In this document: in pieces, positions 56,368 through 64,000 of the stretch
How positions within the stretch are numbered: position 1 is the stretch's first letter
Layout of the letters: the number at the start of each line of letters is the position of its first letter
Source: a virus
Length of the DNA: 64,000 bases
Reading direction: 5' to 3' (one strand)
Virus record (IMG/VR): IMGVR_UViG_3300002144_000477
Span: 1-64,000 of that record
Made by a program: the position numbers and the translations under genes
Notes under the pieces: generated by a model
Told to the model about the DNA's origin: nothing
Seen by the model: only the letters and a program-made list of their open reading frames with translations
The model's database searches: none

Positions 56368-56464
56368 TTAAATTTTGTTTATAATGTGGGAGCCATGGAC
56401 ACGGACTTGTTACAAGTCCGTTGTGGTATTCGTTTGATTTCAGAACTTTGCAAGCAAATTGTTC
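56368..56464 (-). pseudogene. Frameshifted 3' remnant of a second GIY-YIG-like allele
   Basis: EQFACKVLKSNEYHNGLV(+1)QVRVHGSHIINKI* aligns to EQFKHRVLESDDYYNGHIRVRIHHRQNII of the upstream gene. Confidence 0.75.
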
Positions 56465-56508
56465 TATGTGTAGCCGATCTTATATGCCCAAGTACTTGCC
56501 TTGAAACT

Positions 56509-56955
56509 TTAGTCTTTGTTGGCCTCTGATATTATATTTTGTCTATGATGAATGCGCACCCTGATATGACCGTTGTAGTAGTCATCGGACTCAAGTACGC
56601 GATGCTTAAATTGTTCTCTTGCTTCAACGTAACTACACTCTGCCTTGCTGTAACAATAGTAAAGTATTTCACGTTTAAAGTGTTCTGTGCCTAGTAGTTC
56701 AATGTCTTTTGATAGTGCATCGCTTGAGCCATAATATGTAAGCCAGTCGCTGTCGACTTGGTCTTTGATTCGCTTTTTCTTTTTGGTGCCGTTTTTGAGT
56801 GTAACTATACGATATTTGATTCGAGAAAACTTTGCTAATTTTTTGCCTATGTATTTTTTGTTTGTTTGTGTGTTTGTGATGAGATATACGAAGCCAATGG
56901 AGTCTTCTGGTAAAGTATTAACAATTTCGTTTTTGTATAGCCATGATGTTGTCAT
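56509..56955 (-). CDS. GIY-YIG-like endonuclease
   Basis: GFVYLITN....KKYIGKK, YYGSS, FKREIL, E...Q, YYN; start MTTSW. Confidence 0.8.
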   Translation of the reverse strand: MTTSWLYKNEIVNTLPEDSIGFVYLITNTQTNKKYIGKKLAKFSRIKYRIVTLKNGTKKKKRIKDQVDSDWLTYYGSSDALSKDIELLGTEHFKREILYYCYSKAECSYVEAREQFKHRVLESDDYYNGHIRVRIHHRQNIISEANKD

Positions 56956-56963
56956 TTGTAGTA

Positions 56964-57446
56964 TTATATAGTGTCTCCGTAGATCCAACCTAATCTTTCT
57001 AACTTATGGATCCACGTAAATGCAGGTAATCGAATCGGTAAGTGCCAACGTTCGTTGTAACATACATAGTTACCAAACATTGGGTCAATGGCAGCCGCTG
57101 GAGACCCATCCGGGTACCTGCACCAATGGTTACAGCGAATCTGTTGCATAATGCTGTCGAGTGCAAATCCTTCGACAGTTATGTTGTCAATGGACACTGC
57201 TTTATCGTTGACTATTTCTCCGTTAACAACAACAGTGTCGCCGGGCTTCTTATTTAACAGCGTTACACCCAATCCGTACTCATACCCGTATTTTCCTTCT
57301 AGAGTAAAATTCATAGTAACAGTTTCGTTTAATATACCTTCCCATAGAATTTCATCACCCCAGTCAACTTGTACTTTCGGTGGGTCGTCGCTGTGAAACA
57401 CAGGACGTAGTGTTATTGCTACTTGGGTATTAATTACTGTATCCAT
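56964..57446 (-). CDS. Hypothetical protein
   Basis: 160 aa, coupled to the radical SAM gene; PAFTWIH...GWIY. Confidence 0.6.
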   Translation of the reverse strand: MDTVINTQVAITLRPVFHSDDPPKVQVDWGDEILWEGILNETVTMNFTLEGKYGYEYGLGVTLLNKKPGDTVVVNGEIVNDKAVSIDNITVEGFALDSIMQQIRCNHWCRYPDGSPAAAIDPMFGNYVCYNERWHLPIRLPAFTWIHKLERLGWIYGDTI

Positions 57447-58722
57447 GTTCTTTTAACCATCCGTTGTATTCTGGGATAAAATCTAAAATGCTTGTACCGT
57501 GAAAGCGATCCTGCTCGGCTAAGCGTTTTGCTGTTTCTGCTCTGCGTTCTAGTGCATTCTCAGGTTCTGCACGGTCTAAGTGCCTGGCTAAAGAAAGCGC
57601 CTCCTCGCGGAGAGATAACTCAATATTATTTGGGTTTTTAGTGTTATTAAAGCGGTTTTCAGTCACTGTAATGCCGTCTGCAAACTCCTGTAGCTTACGT
57701 ATTGCAACACGTTTATGTGCTTCGGGTAGTAGCTCTGCTAGCAACCAATTTGGTCTACTAGGGTAACTAGCATCAACAGGAATACGTCGTTTTAACGCTT
57801 CTTTTAATATAGTTGTGTACCTACCTACACTAAGCAACGTGGGCACAGTTCTAAACGTTAATGTGGCAAATGCAAGTTCTTTTTGCATAGTATCAACATT
57901 CTTAAGGATGTCTTCGATCTTACTCCCGGCACGAATATAGTTATTACTACTGTCGGCAGTTTCGATACTAATGCCAATTTCTACACGTTTAAACTGTTTA
58001 AATTGTGCTTTAAATTCCGTGTAATCATGTGTGCCATTAGTAGTAAAACTCAAGTTCAACCAATTCATTTTGTGTTCGCTAAACAAATTAATTAAGTCAG
58101 CAAACTCGTCGATTAAATGTGGTTCCCCGCCGATTAGATGTACAACACGAATGTGCTGGTAGTTATTATCAAACCAATCGCGGAAATTTTGATAGGCTAC
58201 TGCATCACGTACCCAAGGTGTTTGTTTCCAATCACTAGCAATCCAGCCTGCATGTTTTTGGAAACTAGCAATACGGCTGCTTGCATCAGGACTGCACATA
58301 CGGCAAGCCAAATTACAAGTATTACCAATGTTTAAATGCAAACTGCGAATTTTGCTTTCTGTAACTTCAGTAAACAGTTCGCGATGTGGACTCTGCTCAA
58401 AACTTCGATCAAACGCATCTTTAGTAAAGATAACACTTTTTAAGTTTTCTTTTTGCCTAGCACTGGTATATCCAGCGGCATCTTTCATTTGACACATCTT
58501 GCACATTGGGTCAACTGTGTCGCCTAATTTAATTCGACGCTTTTCTTGCATGCGAGTACTGTTCCAATACTCGTCAATGGTCATGTTTTTAATGTTCCAT
58601 TTGGCACCGTCGGGTGTGCCCATTATTTTGTCATTCTGACAGCCGCAGAGATCAAAGCTACCATCATTGTTAATGTTAAGCTCGAACCAGGGTATGTTAC
58701 AAAAAATATCTTTATTAGGCAT
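57430..58722 (-). CDS. Radical SAM protein with N-terminal Cys-rich (SPASM/twitch-like) domain
   Basis: CNLACRMC, GGEP, TTNGT; FCNIPW...LC...CKMC N-terminus. Confidence 0.88.
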   Translation of the reverse strand: MPNKDIFCNIPWFELNINNDGSFDLCGCQNDKIMGTPDGAKWNIKNMTIDEYWNSTRMQEKRRIKLGDTVDPMCKMCQMKDAAGYTSARQKENLKSVIFTKDAFDRSFEQSPHRELFTEVTESKIRSLHLNIGNTCNLACRMCSPDASSRIASFQKHAGWIASDWKQTPWVRDAVAYQNFRDWFDNNYQHIRVVHLIGGEPHLIDEFADLINLFSEHKMNWLNLSFTTNGTHDYTEFKAQFKQFKRVEIGISIETADSSNNYIRAGSKIEDILKNVDTMQKELAFATLTFRTVPTLLSVGRYTTILKEALKRRIPVDASYPSRPNWLLAELLPEAHKRVAIRKLQEFADGITVTENRFNNTKNPNNIELSLREEALSLARHLDRAEPENALERRAETAKRLAEQDRFHGTSILDFIPEYNGWLKEHGYSN

Positions 58723-59791
58723 TATAGCACTTCAGTTTACAAATTTCTAAGGGCATAAGTGCCCAGGTAGTTTCTAGCTCTTCCCAAATTGGGTCAGCTA
58801 TGATATCGTTAATATTACGAGTACGAACATTTAGTTTATTGCGATGTTTGATAACAAAGCTATTGGGAATGTATCCGCTGTCAAACCACGCACAAGGGTA
58901 AAACAACCCCTCAACACTAATAAATGGGACTTGCACTCTGGTTTTACCTATACATTTTTGCCAACCCGTTGTACTGCGATCTTGTGGCTTAGCACGATGT
59001 ACAGCGTTAACTCGTACTTCGTGCATAGTGTTAACATTCTGCTGTCTCTTAGTAGTTAGCAACATTTTCTTCTTGCGGTAAATTTTTAAATTAATTGCAT
59101 CGTTAATCGTATCGGGTTCAAGGTAGTCGATTCCGTTTTCGTCTAAGTAGCGTTGGTCTATGCTACCAAACTTAGTGCTAGTGACAATTGTAAATTCGTC
59201 ACACCCGGTTAATCGAGCAACTTCTTCGATTCTGTGTTTATTGCTTTCGTTAAACTTAAACTCGATCATGCTCCAGCTAATAAGTGCTCGTGTGTCGGTA
59301 GTCTTACTGGCGACTAGCACACGGATACCATCCAATATGCTATCGTAGTCGCAGTTAACTCGATACATGCTGTTAGTTTGCTGGTTCCACCCGTCGACAC
59401 TAAAGGTAACTCGGTCGTACTCGTTTAGTACATTGCCTAGTCTGGCCCACCAATCTGGCTTCTTATAACTCCCATTGGTAACGATAGTTAACCCAAGTGC
59501 TGGATTAGATTGTTTAATATATTCTACAATTTCTAAAAAGTCAATTGCATATATCGGATCACCTTTATCCCCGCAGAATACAATGCGTTCAACTTGTGCT
59601 AGTACATCCGGCGGAAAGCTAGATTGGAATTGGCTAACAGAGTAGTCTAAATTTAAACTAGGATGCAAATCGTTTTTTAGTTCAGTGCGAGGGCACCTAG
59701 GGCATTTTAGTACACACCTACTACTTAATTCAATGTGTAACTCGCTAATGTTAAACAATGTCGATGTCGGTGTTGTAACTAGTGAATCCAT
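58715..59791 (-). CDS. Radical SAM protein with C-terminal SPASM/twitch-like domain
   Basis: CVLKCPRC, CGDKGDP, TNGS, FSVDG, YPCAW...CKLKC; true start may be the TTG at ~59758. Confidence 0.88.
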   Translation of the reverse strand: MDSLVTTPTSTLFNISELHIELSSRCVLKCPRCPRTELKNDLHPSLNLDYSVSQFQSSFPPDVLAQVERIVFCGDKGDPIYAIDFLEIVEYIKQSNPALGLTIVTNGSYKKPDWWARLGNVLNEYDRVTFSVDGWNQQTNSMYRVNCDYDSILDGIRVLVASKTTDTRALISWSMIEFKFNESNKHRIEEVARLTGCDEFTIVTSTKFGSIDQRYLDENGIDYLEPDTINDAINLKIYRKKKMLLTTKRQQNVNTMHEVRVNAVHRAKPQDRSTTGWQKCIGKTRVQVPFISVEGLFYPCAWFDSGYIPNSFVIKHRNKLNVRTRNINDIIADPIWEELETTWALMPLEICKLKCYNA

Positions 59792-61520
59792 TTTCTTTTA
59801 CCACATGCAATGTATTGTTAACGCGACCGGCTAGTTCGTCTTTATGGGATACTAACCAAATACTCTTATTATTGTCACGTGACATTTTTTTAAGAATGCC
59901 CAATGCATTTTCGACGCCACTAGAGTCCATACCGGAATCAACTAGCTCATCAATGAACAGTAGGTTAATTGGGTTGTATAAACTTTCCCATACGTCGCGG
60001 AATGCCCAGCTCAATGAGAGAATCAAGCGATTTCGTTCGCCGCGACTTAAGTTATCAAAATCTAAGTCTCTGCCGAGTTCTGTAATTTCAACACTTAAGT
60101 CGTTTAAGAATCGTACAGTGTGCGGCAAGCCAATTTTGTCTAGGTATAAACTTAGTCGAGCATTTAGAAAACTCAAATTTTGATCAATAATACGCTTACG
60201 AATAAACGAATCCTTATTAGTTAGCAACTTAAGTAGAAACTCTTGATGATCGCGTAAGCTAACTAGCTCATTTAGTGCATCATACAAAATTTGCTCAACT
60301 CCAGCAGTCTCCATTTCGCTAATTTGCTCGCCGTATGGATCATTTTCGGCTTTCTTAGATTCTAATCGTTGTTGCAAGTTTTGCAGGTTGCTACGATGCT
60401 CTACTGCATCTTCTTTTTTCTCGTAAAATGTAGTTGGTGCAATGCCAATGTCACCAACTTTGAGGATAGTTTCTTCGTGCTCGAATCGTTGAGTTTGATT
60501 TGATAACAGTTGCAATGCAGTTTCCTGCAATATTGATTGTTTGCTTTTTAAAATCTCTTCTTGTTTGGTGTCGTGAATATCTTGACCACAAGCATGACAT
60601 TTATGTTCTTCCAGCAAGGCAATTTCCGCCTTGATCTTTTCGGTGAGGCGTGTTTGTTTTTCGTCGTCTTTATCAATTCGCCCAATCCAGTCAGCCGCAG
60701 TAGTGCAAATACTAACTTTACTTCTGTAATCGATTAATTGATCGTGTAGTTCTAATTCTGCGTTGATGTCGATAGTCTGCAATTCAGCAATAGCAGTTTC
60801 GAGTTTATTAGTTGCCTCGTCGTGCTGTACATACCACATACGTTGCCTTTTACGCAAACTCTCAATTTGCTGTTCAACTCGGGTATTTGCATCTTGTACA
60901 GCCTTAATGCGATATTCCTCTTCAGTGATCGCTTCTTTAGTAGCACGTTGCAGTTCTTTAAGTGCATCCGCTTTTTCGCTAAGGATAGTGATGCCCAGTA
61001 GCTGTTCGATTATTAATCGCTGGTCATTAGATTTTAAACTTAAGAATGGTTCAGTATAAGTGTTTAGTGCAACTACATGCTTAAACATTTCATGACTCAT
61101 CTTAAGCAAACGCTCAACATCGGCCTGGGTTTCTCGACTGTCGCCTTGGCTTTCGTCCAACATCTCCTGCTCTTGGTCATTTACATAAAATTTAAAAACA
61201 TTAGGTTTACGTCCGCGTTCGATTCGGTAGGTGTCACCATTGACATCAAAGTCAAGAGTAACCATCATTGCCTTACTATTTGTTTTATTAATAAGATTAT
61301 CTTTTTTAATCTTAGTAAGTGCCTCTCCGTACAATGCGTAGCTTAATGCATTAAGAATAGTTGTTTTACCTGTGCCGTTGCGGGCACCGCTATCATCGCC
61401 GCCTAGGTCTAAGTTTTCGCCTAATACTAGAGTTAGGTCTTTGCGGTCAAAGTTTACAGCCTGGGTGCTATTACCCACACTCATAAAGTTTTTTACAGTG
61501 AGATCTTTAATTTTAAACAT
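59751..61520 (-). CDS. gp46: Recombination ATPase subunit (gp46/SbcC/Rad50-like)
   Basis: KNFMSVGN, NGTGKTT, CHACGQ zinc hook, LSRGE signature, IDELVD, VSH. Confidence 0.95.
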   Translation of the reverse strand: MFKIKDLTVKNFMSVGNSTQAVNFDRKDLTLVLGENLDLGGDDSGARNGTGKTTILNALSYALYGEALTKIKKDNLINKTNSKAMMVTLDFDVNGDTYRIERGRKPNVFKFYVNDQEQEMLDESQGDSRETQADVERLLKMSHEMFKHVVALNTYTEPFLSLKSNDQRLIIEQLLGITILSEKADALKELQRATKEAITEEEYRIKAVQDANTRVEQQIESLRKRQRMWYVQHDEATNKLETAIAELQTIDINAELELHDQLIDYRSKVSICTTAADWIGRIDKDDEKQTRLTEKIKAEIALLEEHKCHACGQDIHDTKQEEILKSKQSILQETALQLLSNQTQRFEHEETILKVGDIGIAPTTFYEKKEDAVEHRSNLQNLQQRLESKKAENDPYGEQISEMETAGVEQILYDALNELVSLRDHQEFLLKLLTNKDSFIRKRIIDQNLSFLNARLSLYLDKIGLPHTVRFLNDLSVEITELGRDLDFDNLSRGERNRLILSLSWAFRDVWESLYNPINLLFIDELVDSGMDSSGVENALGILKKMSRDNNKSIWLVSHKDELAGRVNNTLHVVKENGFTSYNTDIDIV

Positions 61521-61539
61521 TGTATTAGTATAACACCTT

Positions 61540-62562
61540 TTATAGGTTTCTGTATATTTCTAACAGTAAATTTCGGTTATATTGCTCGCTACTAATCGAA
61601 TTAAGTTGACCAGTTACAATTTGGTCTACACTTTCGAATTTAATCTGGCCTTGGAAGTTATGCTCATTAAGCTCAACATTCTTGTTTGGGATAAGAGTTA
61701 GTTCTCGCAAGTTGTACTGCGGGATAAACTGTTCTTTAATAAACGTTGCTTCTTCGTAGCTAATGTCAATGTCTAAGTTAACACGGCAATGCATCTGTGG
61801 TTTAAGCAAATGCTCAGTGTTTTTAAGAACTTCGCTCAGATTGTAAACACGATATCTAGGCTGATCCGGCCAAGTGTGGAACTCTGGAGTTTCACCCCAC
61901 TTAAGTATCATCATACCGCGTTCGTCGTCGCCTGCATCTGCATAGTTGTGCGGAAAACAGTTACCGATATAATGCACATTGCCTTTATGTTGTCGCTTGT
62001 GAAAATGCCCTGTAAACACACTGTCAAACCCTACCAAGTCACGGTCCGGTTTAATTTCGCCTAAATCGGGCATTTGTACCATGGCATTCATGAAATAGCC
62101 AGGCAGCTCAAAGTGACCAAAGCAATATGTGCCGCCTAGCTTAGCCAGTCGTTTATGATCGTCGCCAACAAGCCAAGGAGCGATGACAACATCACCGTCG
62201 CAAAACCAATCGTTGCATATTTGTACGTTCGGTAAATGTTTCGCCCACTCTACAGACTGTATATCACGCTTATCGCGATAATATAAATCATGGTTACCTG
62301 GGATAAAATAAACACGGTCAAAGTTTGCATTTAGATGCTCCAGTGCTTTGAGACTATAACTTAATGTTACGATATTAATACTAGCACGATTATTGTGCCA
62401 GTCGCCTAAGAATAGTGCAGTGTCGCAGCCTTCTTCTTTTGCTTTAGCAGTTGCCCACTTAACAAAGTTAAGACAATCTTCGTTATGGAGCTGACTGTTT
62501 GACTTCAATCCGAAATGGATATCAGTAAAGACGGCGGCTTTATTAAACAGGCGGTTACTCAT
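61540..62562 (-). CDS. gp47: Recombination nuclease subunit (gp47/SbcD/Mre11-like)
   Basis: DIHFG, LGDW, GNHD, GHFE, GHFH metallophosphoesterase motifs. Confidence 0.95.
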   Translation of the reverse strand: MSNRLFNKAAVFTDIHFGLKSNSQLHNEDCLNFVKWATAKAKEEGCDTALFLGDWHNNRASINIVTLSYSLKALEHLNANFDRVYFIPGNHDLYYRDKRDIQSVEWAKHLPNVQICNDWFCDGDVVIAPWLVGDDHKRLAKLGGTYCFGHFELPGYFMNAMVQMPDLGEIKPDRDLVGFDSVFTGHFHKRQHKGNVHYIGNCFPHNYADAGDDERGMMILKWGETPEFHTWPDQPRYRVYNLSEVLKNTEHLLKPQMHCRVNLDIDISYEEATFIKEQFIPQYNLRELTLIPNKNVELNEHNFQGQIKFESVDQIVTGQLNSISSEQYNRNLLLEIYRNL

Positions 62563-62568
62563 ACTACG

Positions 62569-63468
62569 TTACTCTGATGCTGGGTTGTTGTAATCTGGGT
62601 TGAACTCACGCGACATTTCGTTTGCAGCCTGTCGCGTATAACTAGGACTCAGACCATTGGCCTCTAAGATATCATCACGCAAACTTTGACTTTTCTTTTC
62701 TGTTAGTAGTACGCGAGTAAACGAATTTGTTACTGCCGCGGTATAATAAGCAAACGGGTTTTGCGATTTACTTTCGTCGAATTGCAATCCAATTTGGCTA
62801 AGTTGCAGTAGCGCAGTGCTACGCATTTCGTCGTTGTAAGTGTAACCACGCCAGTTACTTCTAGTTGCATATCGCTCAACTAGCTTCATATACATTCGTG
62901 CAAGGGTGTTTGTGACCTGTCCGTGCTCTTGGCAAAACTCTCCGGTATCAAGCTCGCCTTTCCAATGGCTTTTGCCAACAATAACTAGTTCGGAGTTTTC
63001 GTTAAACACATAGTGGTAAAACGGTGGAAATTTCAACCGCACATACTTTGTTTTTGCGTCAGGATCAACCTCGTCTTCGACGGTCAATGAATCTTCATCG
63101 TCGATAGTAAACTGAACACCTACTTCTTTGTTAGACTTTGGTTTCTTTTTAACTGTCTCTTGTGGGATATGTTCCCGCTCTGTGATTCGGAATACTACAT
63201 CTTTAGCGTCAATATCTTCCAATGGAATGTCGAACTCGCTAAGTTTGCGTTTTTCACCATCTTTAGTTGCTTCCTCATGTGCTAATTTTGCAAGGCGATC
63301 AGCACGATTCTGTCGTGCTTCAAGTATAGTAGTTTCGTTGACATCATCAAGCGATGCTAAGATAATGTCGTAATCTTTGTACTTTTGGTCGGTGTACTTG
63401 CAGTACGTATTTTTACTTTTATGGATTTCCTTTAGGATATCCTTGTTATTTAGATAGTTATGACGCAT
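62569..63468 (-). CDS. gp55: Late-transcription sigma factor (gp55-like)
   Basis: NYLNNKD, NWRGYTYNDEM, FDESKSQNPFAYYT; upstream of gp47/gp46 as in T4. Confidence 0.9.
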   Translation of the reverse strand: MRHNYLNNKDILKEIHKSKNTYCKYTDQKYKDYDIILASLDDVNETTILEARQNRADRLAKLAHEEATKDGEKRKLSEFDIPLEDIDAKDVVFRITEREHIPQETVKKKPKSNKEVGVQFTIDDEDSLTVEDEVDPDAKTKYVRLKFPPFYHYVFNENSELVIVGKSHWKGELDTGEFCQEHGQVTNTLARMYMKLVERYATRSNWRGYTYNDEMRSTALLQLSQIGLQFDESKSQNPFAYYTAAVTNSFTRVLLTEKKSQSLRDDILEANGLSPSYTRQAANEMSREFNPDYNNPASE

Positions 63469-63548
63469 ATTAGAAGTATCCTTTTAGATTATAATACCAG
63501 TTATTTTACACGATAAATACTACAATTGCAAGAAGGAAGATAACCAAA

Positions 63549-64000
63549 ATGCCTACAATTTTTAAAAATGGTATCATTAAAAACGCAGACGGATCGAATG
63601 CCGGACAATGGGTATCCGATGAGGAATATGCGGCTATGACTGCCCCTAAGGTAAATCAAGGCCCACCGCCAAACATGGATCAAATTGCTAATATTATGCA
63701 ACCGTTTGCACCTGGGCTAGCAAAACTAATGAGAGCGCAGTCTGGCGTAGCTGGTGCCTCCGGTGGAGCAAATGCTGAACCACCTGCAACCCAAACGCTA
63801 GGGTTTAATGCTGGGTCAGACCCAGCTGCGAATGATTGGCGTGTCCGAATTTCGTTATCTCCTCAGGCAACATATTTGTACAACGATCCTGCCAATGCTG
63901 GTATTATGGCACCGTTGTTTAACAATCCCGAAGGACACCGCGGGGTTATTTTCCCAAACAACCCGGCAATTAGTCTTACGCATACTGCAAGATACAATAA
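63549..64000 (+). CDS. Late structural protein (baseplate/tube-initiator-like), 3' truncated
   Basis: Open to the window end (MPTIFKNG...DWRVRISL...GVIFPNNPAI); TAAATA 63514-63519; AAGGA SD. Confidence 0.55.
   Translation, partial: MPTIFKNGIIKNADGSNAGQWVSDEEYAAMTAPKVNQGPPPNMDQIANIMQPFAPGLAKLMRAQSGVAGASGGANAEPPATQTLGFNAGSDPAANDWRVRISLSPQATYLYNDPANAGIMAPLFNNPEGHRGVIFPNNPAISLTHTARYN

Noticed and set aside
63501-63701. 66-aa - strand ORF and other short antisense ORFs over core genes
   Set aside because: They overlap better-supported genes on the opposite strand (here the + ORF from 63549)

Overview
This is a 64-kb segment of a large, lytic, T4-like (jumbo-type) myophage genome. It uses the standard genetic code, is AT-rich, and most genes lie on the - strand. 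It holds the core morphogenesis module: terminase, portal gp20, protease gp21, scaffold gp22, capsid gp23, neck gp13/14, gp15, sheath gp18, tube gp19, head-completion gp4, a tape-measure-like protein, gp26/gp51, and many fibre/decoration proteins. It also carries recombination and replication genes (uvsX, uvsY, gp32, gp46, gp47, dNMP kinase), the late sigma factor gp55 with many TAAATA late promoters, consensus sigma70 early promoters, and three tRNAs. Accessory genes include a PP-loop ATPase, a MazG-like protein, a methyltransferase, a cytidylyltransferase-cupin fusion, a 2OG-Fe(II) oxygenase, a NUDIX hydrolase, two radical SAM enzymes, a signal-less DctP, and HNH and GIY-YIG nucleases. Most notable: (1) a ~500-nt ORF-free, highly structured - strand element (candidate large ncRNA, with a duplicated GTGACTG-N8-GGATGAT module) directly downstream of a GIY-YIG-like gene and a decayed second allele of that gene; (2) a -1 slippery site that would fuse gp26 to gp51, like lambda G/GT; (3) a PhaR-box-like palindrome over a late promoter driving four tiny unannotated ORFs; (4) a T4-style RBS-occluding hairpin on the neck gene; (5) apparently leaderless late mRNAs; (6) shared capsid-targeting-like peptide motifs. 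All calls come from motif recognition by eye; no searches were run.
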